Below, piece after piece: positions 23,389 through 32,889 of a stretch of 52,593 bases of DNA. A program made the position numbers and the translations under genes. The first letter of the stretch is position 1, and each line of letters starts with the position of its first letter. Origin of the DNA: Bacillota bacterium (GTDB taxonomy: Bacteria; Bacillota_I; Bacilli_A; Izemoplasmatales; Hujiaoplasmataceae). Location of the stretch: positions 1 through 52,593 of the forward strand of contig JAKPZU010000062.1 in NCBI GenBank assembly GCA_029559915.1. Direction: 5' to 3'. The notes under the pieces are model-generated. The model did not search any database. It saw only the letters and a program-made list of their open reading frames with translations, and was not told the DNA's origin.

Positions 23389-24372
23389 TTGTTAAAAGAT
23401 TATCAAATCATCAGTATTGTCGGAAATACAAAAAACGCAGGCAAGACCACCGTTATGAATGAGTATTTAAGTCATTTTGATAGGTCGAATTTGGCAATTA
23501 CGTCTATAGGATTGGATGGAGAAGAATTAGACCAGGTGACCAATTTAGAAAAGCCACAAATACTTGTTAGGCCAGGTTATTTGGTTGCCACTGCATACGA
23601 CACATTGGAAAAGTTTACATGCGACTTTGAAATCATCAAGACTTTAGATATAGCTACATCTATTGGTAATGTGGTAATCATTAAGATAAATTCTATAGGT
23701 AAAGCTTTAGTTGCCGGACCTGCAAAAGTAAAAGATATGGCAATACTGATATCAGAACTAAAAAACTATCAATTGGAAAAAATTATAATTGATGGTGCTT
23801 TTTCGCGTCATGTTTTTGCCAAGATTACACAAGCTACAATCCTGGTAGTGGGAGCTAATTATTCCCGTGACATCGATGTGGTGGTTAATGATGCAGTTAT
23901 TTTGTATAAAAAGTTTTCACTAAAGTATCATAATCTTAAAGACTTTTGTTTTGGCGATAAAATCTGTTTAATCAATAATGACGACATAGTGACAAATCTT
24001 GAATATTCGAGTTTAATAGGTAATGTGGATAGCTTTTTCAATTTAGATTTCGAAAATATATCCAAAGTATATTTTCCAAAATCCTTAACCAATAAATTTG
24101 TGGAAAGATTGATTCTTGAAAGAAGAAGATGTAAGTTTGACATCATTGTGGATTCACCAATTAATATCCAAGTGCACCACAACTTATTAAAAAAACTATT
24201 TCAGCTGGAAAATCAGCTTTATGTAATCAATCCCCTTAACGTGTCTTTAGTTTGTTACAATCCAGTGTCACCACTGGGCTATGAATTTGACAATGAAGAT
24301 TTCAAGAATAAATTGAGTACAAGTTTAGGTAGAGAAGTATTTAATGTGTTAGAAGGTGAACGTGATGAATAA
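23389..24372 (+). CDS. P-loop NTPase of unknown function, candidate aminomutase reactivase/accessory ATPase (KamC-like?)
   Basis: 327 aa. Walker-A-like GNTKNAGKTT at residues 12-21. Wedged between kamA and kamD. TTG start with no obvious RBS, and 8-nt overlap with kamD. Confidence 0.5.
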   Translation: MLKDYQIISIVGNTKNAGKTTVMNEYLSHFDRSNLAITSIGLDGEELDQVTNLEKPQILVRPGYLVATAYDTLEKFTCDFEIIKTLDIATSIGNVVIIKINSIGKALVAGPAKVKDMAILISELKNYQLEKIIIDGAFSRHVFAKITQATILVVGANYSRDIDVVVNDAVILYKKFSLKYHNLKDFCFGDKICLINNDDIVTNLEYSSLIGNVDSFFNLDFENISKVYFPKSLTNKFVERLILERRRCKFDIIVDSPINIQVHHNLLKKLFQLENQLYVINPLNVSLVCYNPVSPLGYEFDNEDFKNKLSTSLGREVFNVLEGERDE

Positions 24373-25921
24373 ACTTAATATAAATCAAAATGTAGTTGAA
24401 TCTTGTCGTAAGTATGCAAAAATAATTGCAAACGACGTCCAGAGTTTCATAGATCAACATACAACTGTTAGTGTTGAACGAGCAACTCTAAGACTTTTAG
24501 GAGTCGATGGTACTGATGAGTTCCAAGTTCCGCTGCCAAACAGAATAGTTGATGATATTGTAAAAAATGGAAATATATCTTTAGGCGTCAGCACTTACTT
24601 GGCAAGCGCATTAAAAGGTTCAGGATTAAATTTATCGGATTTTTTGAATGCCTATAAAAATGAAGAAGTAAATGTTTGTGGTCATGAAATTTTAGATAAA
24701 GATGCAACATTCAACATTCTTAATCCTTACTATGATTCCAGTTTGAAAAGAATTTTAGCAAATAAGGCTCAAAGAACCGACTTTTTGACAAAATATTCTC
24801 GTGAAAAAACCGATATTTACGTGATTGTGGCTACAGGAAATATTGATGAAGATGTTATACAAGCTGTTTCAGCAGCCGAGGCTGGAGCTGACATAATTGC
24901 AGTAATCAGATCTACTGGACAATCATTGCTGGACTATGTACCGTACGGCAAAACAACTGAAGGTTTTGGCGGAACATTTGCAACCCAAGAGAATTTTAAA
25001 ATTATGAGAAAAGCCTTGGATGAGGTGAGTTTTAAACTAGGTAGATATATTTATTTAGTTAATTACGCTTCAGGACTTTGCATGCCTGAAATAGCCGCAA
25101 TGGGAGCCTTGGAGAGACTGGACGTACTATTGAATGATAGCATGTACGGTATAATTTTCCGTGACATCAATATGCAAAGAACATTTGTAGATCAATACTT
25201 TTCCCGTCTTATAAATGCATATGCCGGGATAATCATCAATACAGGTGAAGACAATTATCTCACAACATCTGATGCTGTTGAGGAAGCTCACACAGTGACT
25301 GCTTCGCAATTCATAAATGAAGCATTTGCAAAAAAAGCTCATTTACCAAGTAAATTAATGGGTTTAGGGCATGCTTTTGAAATTGATCCAGAAGTTGAAG
25401 ATAGCTTTTTGCTGGAATTATCGCAAGCACAACTGGCTAGAGAGATTTTCCCGGATGCGCCACTTAAGTATATGCCGCCAACAAAACATATAAATGGCAA
25501 TATCTTTAGAGCTTATCAACAAAACGTGATGTTCAACATGGTTACAACAATCACCGGACAGTCAATTCATCTCTTGGGTATGATGACCGAGGCTATACAT
25601 ACACCATATCTATCAGATCGTTATTTGGCAATCAAGAACGCAAAAATGATTCAGAAATCAATGAAATCATTAGGTGATGAAATTAGTTATAAACCAGAAG
25701 GTATCATTCAAAAACGAGCTGTTGAAGTTTTAAATTCTGCCGAAAAACTGCTAAAACAGATAGCTGAAGACGGAATGTTCAACAGTTTGGCCAAAGGAGT
25801 TTTCGCTCAAACAAAAAGAAGTGAAATTGGCGGAAAAGGATTATCCGGAGTTTTTAGAAAGAATAAGAATTATGTAAATGTAGTTCTAGAAAAAATGGAG
25901 GAATCCTTCAATGAAGATTAA
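24365..25921 (+). CDS. kamD: beta-lysine/D-lysine 5,6-aminomutase alpha subunit
   Basis: About 518 aa TIM-barrel subunit. Its size and its pairing with a B12-binding beta subunit support the call. RBS GAAGGTGA precedes ATG 24365. Confidence 0.85.
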   Translation: MNKLNINQNVVESCRKYAKIIANDVQSFIDQHTTVSVERATLRLLGVDGTDEFQVPLPNRIVDDIVKNGNISLGVSTYLASALKGSGLNLSDFLNAYKNEEVNVCGHEILDKDATFNILNPYYDSSLKRILANKAQRTDFLTKYSREKTDIYVIVATGNIDEDVIQAVSAAEAGADIIAVIRSTGQSLLDYVPYGKTTEGFGGTFATQENFKIMRKALDEVSFKLGRYIYLVNYASGLCMPEIAAMGALERLDVLLNDSMYGIIFRDINMQRTFVDQYFSRLINAYAGIIINTGEDNYLTTSDAVEEAHTVTASQFINEAFAKKAHLPSKLMGLGHAFEIDPEVEDSFLLELSQAQLAREIFPDAPLKYMPPTKHINGNIFRAYQQNVMFNMVTTITGQSIHLLGMMTEAIHTPYLSDRYLAIKNAKMIQKSMKSLGDEISYKPEGIIQKRAVEVLNSAEKLLKQIAEDGMFNSLAKGVFAQTKRSEIGGKGLSGVFRKNKNYVNVVLEKMEESFNED

Positions 25922-26648
25922 ACCTTATGGTGATACGCTAAATGATGGCAAGGTGCAGGTTAGTTTTACTCTACCAGTTCCAAAGTCAGCCAAGGGAATA
26001 GCAGCTGCAAAAGAAATAGCGAAAGAAATGGGGATAATTGATCCTTCCGTTGTCCATGCGGAAAATTTGAGCGAGGGTTTCAGTTTTTATGTTGTTTATG
26101 GTAGCGTAAAAGCCGTCATTGATTTTGATAGGATTCACGTCGAGGAAATAACCAATCACGCTCTGGAGCGAGAAGAGATAGAAAAAATTATCAAAGACGA
26201 GTTTGACCGAAATATTGTATTTGTCGGAGCTTCTACAGGTACTGACGCACATACAGTAGGTATTGATGCGATCATGAACATGAAAGGGTTTGCTGGTCAT
26301 TATGGTCTTGAAAGATATCAAGGCATTGACGCTTATAATTTAGGCTCTCAAGTTTTGAATGAAGATTTTGTAAAATTTGCTCGTGATAAAAACGCCGATG
26401 TGCTTTTAGTTTCTCAAACCGTGACACAAAAGGAAGTTCACCTAAAAAACATGATTGAGCTTGTAGAGTTATTGGAATCTGAAGGAATGAGAGATAAAGT
26501 AATACTTGTTGCCGGTGGTGCAAGGATTACTCATGAATTAGCAAAAGAATTAGGTTATGATGCTGGATTTGGACCGGGAAGTTTTGCGGAGGATGTTGCA
26601 ACTTTTGCGATTACGGAACTTTTAAATCGAAAAAGAGGTGAAAAATAA
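25911..26648 (+). CDS. kamE: beta-lysine/D-lysine 5,6-aminomutase beta subunit (B12- and PLP-binding)
   Basis: 245 aa. Base-off/His-on motif GTDAHTVG, then VSQT and VAGG elements of the cobalamin-binding Rossmann domain. Confidence 0.88.
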   Translation: MKIKPYGDTLNDGKVQVSFTLPVPKSAKGIAAAKEIAKEMGIIDPSVVHAENLSEGFSFYVVYGSVKAVIDFDRIHVEEITNHALEREEIEKIIKDEFDRNIVFVGASTGTDAHTVGIDAIMNMKGFAGHYGLERYQGIDAYNLGSQVLNEDFVKFARDKNADVLLVSQTVTQKEVHLKNMIELVELLESEGMRDKVILVAGGARITHELAKELGYDAGFGPGSFAEDVATFAITELLNRKRGEK

Positions 26649-27172
26649 TGCCAATAGACAAAATAGATCAAATAGCAACCAAATTTGGTGATTCGGGTAA
26701 TTCAAAAGATTTCGAAAACAAGATATATAGAAAATCCCATATTTTATTTGAAACACTAGGAACAATGGATGAATTCAGTTCCTATTTAGGCATAGCTTAC
26801 CATCAATCCCATATTGAATTCATAAAAGAAATTCAAATGCATTTGCAAAACATAAATTCTCTTGTTGCCAGTGACTACGATTCGGATTTGTATAATATTT
26901 TAATACAGATTAAGCCTGAAGATGTCGAACTACTGGAAGTAAAAATCCAAGAGTTTTTATTAAAAAAACCTTTGGAAAGTAGATTTTATTTGCCTGGAAG
27001 CGAAAAATCTGAACCCGGGGCTTACATTGATTATGCTCGTGCTTTGGCAAGAAAAGCTGAAAGACAACTAAATGCATTTGTCGATTATACAAAAAGAGAA
27101 GATTTGGAACCAGCAAAGAAATATTTAAACAGATTGAGTGACTATCTATTCGTGCTTTCTTTCAACGTTTAA
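26648..27172 (+). CDS. PduO-type ATP:cob(I)alamin adenosyltransferase
   Basis: 174 aa. GDSG near the N-terminus, LGTMDEFSSYLG, and C-terminal LNRLSDYLFVLS, characteristic of PduO-type ATR. TAATG overlap with kamE. Confidence 0.8.
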   Translation: MPIDKIDQIATKFGDSGNSKDFENKIYRKSHILFETLGTMDEFSSYLGIAYHQSHIEFIKEIQMHLQNINSLVASDYDSDLYNILIQIKPEDVELLEVKIQEFLLKKPLESRFYLPGSEKSEPGAYIDYARALARKAERQLNAFVDYTKREDLEPAKKYLNRLSDYLFVLSFNV

Positions 27173-27220
27173 ATTGGGTAATTGAGCTTGTTTAATTTCT
27201 AAGATTTTTTCTTTAAATCT

Positions 27221-27253
27221 TATAATCATTATGTTATAATGTTATATGTTATA
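27221..27253 (+). promoter_or_regulatory. promoter region of the glm operon with three tandem TGTTATA heptamers
   Basis: TATAAT at 27221-27226 and extended -10 TGTTATAAT at 27232-27240. TGTTATA repeats start at 27232, 27240 and 27247. Confidence 0.5.
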
Positions 27254-27284
27254 AAAACGCTTACAAGTTTGTGGGGAGATTAGT

Positions 27285-27689
27285 TTGAAAACAATAGTTA
27301 TAGGGGTTATCGGTGCTGATGTACATGCGGTTGGAAATAAAATAATTGAATACACATTAAAAAAATCTGGATATAATGTTGTCAATATCGGGGTTTTATC
27401 TACTCAAGAAGACTTTATCAACGCAGCAATAGAAACAAATGCTGATATGATTATGGTTTCTTCTTTATATGGTCATGGTGAAATTGACTGTAGGGGAATG
27501 AGAGATAAGTGTGTCGAATCAGGTATCGAAAACATTCTTTTATATGTTGGCGGAAATATCGTTGTCGGCAAGCAAGACTTTGATGAAGTTAAAAAAAGAT
27601 TCTTGGAGATGGGATTCAATAGAATCTATCCTCCGGGAACATCCATAGATGATGCCTTAAAAGATATTAAAACAGATTTAGGAGAGTAA
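27285..27689 (+). CDS. glmS: glutamate mutase (methylaspartate mutase) sigma subunit, B12-binding
   Basis: 134 aa. GADVHAVG (DxHxxG), VSSL and VGGN motifs. TTG start after GGGGAG. Confidence 0.9.
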   Translation: MKTIVIGVIGADVHAVGNKIIEYTLKKSGYNVVNIGVLSTQEDFINAAIETNADMIMVSSLYGHGEIDCRGMRDKCVESGIENILLYVGGNIVVGKQDFDEVKKRFLEMGFNRIYPPGTSIDDALKDIKTDLGE

Positions 27690-27690
27690 A

Positions 27691-29100
27691 ATGGCAAACT
27701 ATTTGCTAATAGATTTTGGCTCAACATTCACTAAATTATGTGCTGTTGATTCTGAAAAATGTGATATATTGGGAACTGCTTCCGACTTTACGACAGTTGA
27801 AACGGATATTACAGAAGGTTATCAAAAAGCTCTTAAAAAATTATTTGATAGAATCGGCCAGAAAATTGAGTTTGAGCAAATCATTGCTTGTTCATCAGCT
27901 GCTGGCGGCCTAAAAATGGCCGCTATTGGTCTAGTTAAAGAACTAACTGTGGAAGCCGCTAAGAGAGTTTGTCTTGGTGCTGGTGCGAAAGTTGATTTAG
28001 TTTTCTCCCATCATTTAAACAATAGTGAAATCAAACAGATTATTGATATGAAAATTGATATTATTCTATTAGCTGGCGGCTCTGATGGCGGTAATTCAGA
28101 AGCTGTGATTTTTAATGCTGACTTGTTGGGTAAGGCAGGAATAAAAATTCCTGTCGTCTTTGCGGGGAACAAATCTGCTCAAGATCAAATAAGTGAAATT
28201 TTCAATAAATATAACATGAATGGTCACATTTGTGAAAATGTCATGCCATCAATCAACGTTCTAAACATCAATAGTGCTAGAGATAAAATTAGAGAAATAT
28301 TCTTAAAACAAATTATTGAAGCCAAAGGAATCAAAAAAATTGAGTCAGAGATTAATCGAGTTATTTTACCAACGCCGTCAGCTGTATTGGAAGCAGCCAA
28401 GTTATTGTCCGAAGGTTATTTGGAAGAAAGTGGTCTAGGAGAAATAGTGGTTGTTGATATTGGTGGAGCAACTACAGATTTATATTCCATATGCACTTCA
28501 ACCAAAAGAAGTGATGTAATTGTCCAAGGCTTGGAAGAACCTTTTGCGAAAAGAACCGTTGAAGGCGATTTAGGCATGAGATACTCGGCTCCTGGTATTG
28601 TTAAATCGTTGTCAGAAAGAGAAATTAACTTCATCAATAAAGAAAAAGGCGTTGATATTGTAGAGGAAGTCAATCGCCGTTATAAAAATGTAAAATTGCT
28701 ACCAGAAAATCAACATGACGAATTTATTGATCAATTTTTGGCGGAAATGTGTGCGTACAGATCTATGCATAGACATTGCGGCAGAATTACTGAAGTTTTG
28801 ACCCCGATGGGAAAGGTTTTCAATCAAACAGGAAAAGATTTATCTGAAGTTAGTTATGTTATTGGTTCAGGTGGAGTAATAATTAATTCAAAACACCAAT
28901 ATGAAATTTTGCGTCAGACTACTAATATTTTAAATAATCCTTCAGAACTTAGACCTAATGATCCTGAGTTCTTAATTGACCATGACTATATTATGTTTGC
29001 CATGGGGTTGTTGGCAAAAATTCAACCGATGGTAGCATTAAAAATAATGAAAAATCATATAACCCAAGTTAGAGGTAATCAAGATGAAACTAGCAAATAA
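27691..29100 (+). CDS. glmL: glutamate mutase accessory/reactivase protein GlmL (MutL)
   Basis: 469 aa. [10 protein letters not shown] and [14 protein letters not shown]-type phosphate motifs. Sits in the canonical position between the S and E subunits. Confidence 0.85.
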   Translation: MANYLLIDFGSTFTKLCAVDSEKCDILGTASDFTTVETDITEGYQKALKKLFDRIGQKIEFEQIIACSSAAGGLKMAAIGLVKELTVEAAKRVCLGAGAKVDLVFSHHLNNSEIKQIIDMKIDIILLAGGSDGGNSEAVIFNADLLGKAGIKIPVVFAGNKSAQDQISEIFNKYNMNGHICENVMPSINVLNINSARDKIREIFLKQIIEAKGIKKIESEINRVILPTPSAVLEAAKLLSEGYLEESGLGEIVVVDIGGATTDLYSICTSTKRSDVIVQGLEEPFAKRTVEGDLGMRYSAPGIVKSLSEREINFINKEKGVDIVEEVNRRYKNVKLLPENQHDEFIDQFLAEMCAYRSMHRHCGRITEVLTPMGKVFNQTGKDLSEVSYVIGSGGVIINSKHQYEILRQTTNILNNPSELRPNDPEFLIDHDYIMFAMGLLAKIQPMVALKIMKNHITQVRGNQDETSK

Positions 29101-30550
29101 AAGATTGACAGAACAAGAATTTTTAGAACAAAGATTAGAAGTTTTAAAGACATGGCCTACCGGTAATGATCCAGAATTAAATTTGGATATAGCCGTCGAA
29201 TATTTAAGAAATGTTCCTGAAGAAAAAAACTTTGCAATTGTTTTGAATAAAGCTAAAGCAACAAATGATACGCTCATTCAACCTCGTGGTGGGGTTCCCG
29301 TTTTGGCGGAGCATATCAAACTTTTGAATTATCTGTCTGCTTCGGGAGCAGATTGTTTACCTTCAACTATCGATAGCTACACTAGACATAACCGTTATCA
29401 AGAAGCCCAAAAAGGTCTGGAAGAATCTGAAGCAAAATGTAGGGCCTTATTAAATGGCTTTCCGGCTGTGAATCATGGAGTTGCCGGTTGTAAGAAAGTG
29501 CTTGAGTCAGTTGATAAACCGGTAGAAGCTAGACATGGGACACCAGACGCTAGATTATTATCGGAAATTATTCATGCAGCCGGTTGGACATCGAATGAAG
29601 GTGGGGGTATTTCCTATAATATTCCATATGCAAAATCAATACCTCTAGAAGTTTCAATCAAGAATTGGCAGTACGTTGACCGCTTGGTCGGTTATTATGA
29701 AGAAAGAGGCATCAAGATTAATCGTGAACCTTTTGGCCCTTTGACAGGAACTTTGGTTCCACCGGCAATTTCTAATACAGTAATGATTATTGAAACTTTA
29801 TTGGCAGCGGAACAAGGGGTTAAAAATATTACTGTAGGTTATGGAATGGGTGGGAATCTAGTTCAAGATGTAGCGGCAGTTCATTCTTTGTACAATCAAA
29901 CAATCGAATATCTTGACCGTTTTGGTTATAAAGACATGGAGATATCCACTGTTTTCCATCAGTGGATGGGTGGATTTCCAAGCGACGAAGCTGAAGCTAT
30001 GGCACTAATTTCCTATAGTTCTTCAGTAGCTGCGTTATCTAAAGCGACTAAACTAATAACCAAATCACCTCATGAATCCGTCGGTATTCCAACTATGGAA
30101 GCTAATGGCTTAGGTGTAAAAGCTTCAAAGTTTATAGTAAATATGTTAAAAGATCAAACTATTTCTGAGAGTGATGATCTCAGAATGGAAATAGATCAAA
30201 TTAAAAGAGAAGTCAATTGTTTAATCGAAACTGTTTTGAAAGTGGGAGAAGGGGACTTGGCTGTCGGTACTGTTAGAGCTTTTGAGCAAGGTTTGATGGA
30301 TATCCCTTTTGCGCCAAGCAAGTACAATGCCGGTAAAGTTTTCCCCGCAAGAGATAACGAAGGCAGAATAAGAATTCTTGATTTTGGAAACTTAGCAATG
30401 TCTGAGGAAATTAAAGAATTCCATTATAAAAAAATTAAACAAAGAGCAGATTCGGAAGAAAGAGAAATTTCGTTCCAGTTGACTGTGGATGATATTTACT
30501 CCGTAAGTAAGGGAAAATTAATAGGAAGACCTTTGAGGAATTTAAAATGA
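29084..30550 (+). CDS. glmE: glutamate mutase epsilon (catalytic) subunit
   Basis: 488 aa, matching the clostridial GlmE size. QPRGG...TIDSYTR...[10 protein letters not shown] blocks. Confidence 0.9.
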   Translation: MKLANKRLTEQEFLEQRLEVLKTWPTGNDPELNLDIAVEYLRNVPEEKNFAIVLNKAKATNDTLIQPRGGVPVLAEHIKLLNYLSASGADCLPSTIDSYTRHNRYQEAQKGLEESEAKCRALLNGFPAVNHGVAGCKKVLESVDKPVEARHGTPDARLLSEIIHAAGWTSNEGGGISYNIPYAKSIPLEVSIKNWQYVDRLVGYYEERGIKINREPFGPLTGTLVPPAISNTVMIIETLLAAEQGVKNITVGYGMGGNLVQDVAAVHSLYNQTIEYLDRFGYKDMEISTVFHQWMGGFPSDEAEAMALISYSSSVAALSKATKLITKSPHESVGIPTMEANGLGVKASKFIVNMLKDQTISESDDLRMEIDQIKREVNCLIETVLKVGEGDLAVGTVRAFEQGLMDIPFAPSKYNAGKVFPARDNEGRIRILDFGNLAMSEEIKEFHYKKIKQRADSEEREISFQLTVDDIYSVSKGKLIGRPLRNLK

Positions 30551-31788
30551 AAATAAAAGACGTTGTATTGTCAAAATCATATACTGGATTTTTCTTTGAT
30601 GATCAAAAATCAATAAAAAATGGAGCCGTTAATGATGGCTTCTTTTATGAAGGAACGCCGATAATAGAAGGATTTAGGACAATCAGACAATGTGGTGAAG
30701 CAATATCTATTCAGTTGATATTGGAAAATGGTGAAGTGGGAATCGGTGATTGTGCAGCGGTACAATATTCAGGAACTGGCGGACGTGATCCGTTGTTTTT
30801 GGCGGATAATTACATTCCTTTCTTGGAAGAAAAAATAGTGCCGCTTATGATTGGTCTAGATGTTAGTCAATTTAGACCTTTGGCAGAAAGATTTGACAGA
30901 ATGACCATTGATGGCAAAAAATTACATACGGCAATTAGATATGGTTTAACACAGGCGTTTCTATCAGCTGTCGCTAAAAGTTCACGACTGACTATGGCAG
31001 AAGTAATCAGAAAAGAGTATAATATAACTGAAAAAGAATACAAAGCCATTCCTGTTTTCACTCAGAGTGGCGACGACCGTTATAATAATGTCGACAAGAT
31101 GATTATTAAGGAAGCGGATGTTTTGCCTCACGCCCTAATCAACAATGTTGAGAAGAAGTTAGGAAAAAACGGAGAGTTATTGCTGGAATATGTGAAATGG
31201 ATCAGGAATAGAATCATCAGGTTCCGTACCAGAGAAAATTACAAACCCGTTCTACACATTGACGTTTATGGCACCATCGGCATTGCTTTCAACAATGATT
31301 TGGATAGAATTATTGATTATCTATTAGAACTGGAAAAGGCAGCTCATCCTTTCATTTTGAGAATTGAAGGCCCTATTGATGGTGGCAACAAGGAAGATAC
31401 GATAAAGTATCTCAAAGATTTAACTCGTATGATAGACGAAAAAAATTCAACTTTGGAAATTGTGGCTGACGAATGGTGCAACACTTTGGAAGACATTATC
31501 GATTTTGCTGATCAAAAAGCTGGACATATGCTGCAAATAAAGACACCAGATTTAGGCGGAGTCAATAATGTTTGCGAAGCAATTGTTTATTGCAATAAAG
31601 TAGGTATTGGCAGTTATTGCGGTGGTACCTGCAATGAAACAAATATTTCCTCTGAAGTAACAACCAATATTGCCATCGCTTGTATGGCCGATCAATGTTT
31701 GGCGAAACCAGGCATGGGAGTTGACGAAGGCTATATGATTGTAAAAAATGAAATGAATCGAGTTTTGGCAATAACAAAGAAGAGGTAA
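30547..31788 (+). CDS. mal: 3-methylaspartate ammonia-lyase (beta-methylaspartase)
   Basis: 413 aa enolase-superfamily protein. MKIKDV...GFFFDDQ N-terminus and the KTPDLGG region. ATGA overlap with glmE. Confidence 0.9.
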   Translation: MKIKDVVLSKSYTGFFFDDQKSIKNGAVNDGFFYEGTPIIEGFRTIRQCGEAISIQLILENGEVGIGDCAAVQYSGTGGRDPLFLADNYIPFLEEKIVPLMIGLDVSQFRPLAERFDRMTIDGKKLHTAIRYGLTQAFLSAVAKSSRLTMAEVIRKEYNITEKEYKAIPVFTQSGDDRYNNVDKMIIKEADVLPHALINNVEKKLGKNGELLLEYVKWIRNRIIRFRTRENYKPVLHIDVYGTIGIAFNNDLDRIIDYLLELEKAAHPFILRIEGPIDGGNKEDTIKYLKDLTRMIDEKNSTLEIVADEWCNTLEDIIDFADQKAGHMLQIKTPDLGGVNNVCEAIVYCNKVGIGSYCGGTCNETNISSEVTTNIAIACMADQCLAKPGMGVDEGYMIVKNEMNRVLAITKKR

Positions 31789-31793
31789 AAATT

Positions 31794-32048
31794 ATGAAAG
31801 GTATCGCAGGAAGCAAAGAATCCAATGATTGTTTGATAAGCATAGAAACAAATGACAAGACCATTATTGAGATTAATAGTATTGTTGGAGCTTTTTTCTA
31901 TAATCAGATTCTTAAAACGATAGAAGATACTTTAACTGAACAAGGATTGAAAAATGTGAAGGTTGTCGTTGTTGATAAAGGAGCTTTGGATTATACCATC
32001 AAGTCTCGGTTGTTGACGGCGATTGAAAGGATGAAGGAAGATGTTTAG
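31794..32048 (+). CDS. citD: citrate/citramalate lyase acyl carrier (gamma) subunit
   Basis: 84 aa. AGSKESND prosthetic-group serine context and DKGALDY motif. Confidence 0.85.
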   Translation: MKGIAGSKESNDCLISIETNDKTIIEINSIVGAFFYNQILKTIEDTLTEQGLKNVKVVVVDKGALDYTIKSRLLTAIERMKEDV

Positions 32049-32889
32049 GTCTTTGCTGTTTATTCCGGGAAATAATCCTTCGATGTTGCAAAACGCTGAT
32101 GTTTTTTCTGCCGATGCCATCATTTTTGATTTGGAAGATGCCATCAGTATATCTGAAAAAAATAATGCCAGAAACCTAGTCAGAAACTATTTGATAAACT
32201 CGAGTGTTTTACCTAAGCAGATAATTCTTAGGGTTAATCCCATTGATAGCGAATGGTTTCATAAAGATATAGAACTTCTTAAAACCAACAAGATTGATTA
32301 TCTTTTGATACCCAAGATGGATAAACTTACATCAGACAAGTTGACTGCTCTTCTTTCTGAGTATGAAGCAAAGAACAATATGCTAGAAACAAAAGTAATT
32401 GCTTTAGTTGAAACTGCACGAGGTGTAGAAGAATTGCCTTTATATGCCCAAAACAAAAGGCTTATTGGATTATTTATTGGAGCTGAAGACCTAGCTAATG
32501 ATTTAGAAATAAAAAGAACAGAGTCTAGTGAAGAAATATTTTATGCAAGGTCAAGAATTATTTATCAAAGCGTAATTAATCATTTAATTCCGATTGATAC
32601 GCCATATACAAACATCAATAATCCAGAAGGACTTTTGCAAGACAGTGCCTATGCTATGAGCCTAGGAATGAAAGCTAAAGCCGCTATTCACCCAAACCAA
32701 TTAGATACAATAAACAAGGTTTTTTCTCCTTCACCAGAAGAGATTAAATGGGCTCAAGAGATAATAAAAATTAATCTTAGCAAGCCGGGGCATGGTGTTT
32801 TCCAATACCAAGGAAAAATGATTGACAAACCGATTATCAGTCGAGCTGAAAAAATTATTGAAAAAGCAAAAATATTTGAACTATTGTAG
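32041..32889 (+). CDS. citE: citrate/citramalate lyase beta subunit (citryl- or citramalyl-ACP lyase)
   Basis: 282 aa. RS.LFIPGNNP and IFDLEDA motifs of the HpcH/CitE family. Confidence 0.88.
   Translation: MFRSLLFIPGNNPSMLQNADVFSADAIIFDLEDAISISEKNNARNLVRNYLINSSVLPKQIILRVNPIDSEWFHKDIELLKTNKIDYLLIPKMDKLTSDKLTALLSEYEAKNNMLETKVIALVETARGVEELPLYAQNKRLIGLFIGAEDLANDLEIKRTESSEEIFYARSRIIYQSVINHLIPIDTPYTNINNPEGLLQDSAYAMSLGMKAKAAIHPNQLDTINKVFSPSPEEIKWAQEIIKINLSKPGHGVFQYQGKMIDKPIISRAEKIIEKAKIFELL

Noticed and set aside
27172-27285. Possible cobalamin riboswitch upstream of glutamate mutase
   Set aside because: The gap is only 112 nt and is mostly occupied by promoter elements. No B12-box-like sequence is visible.
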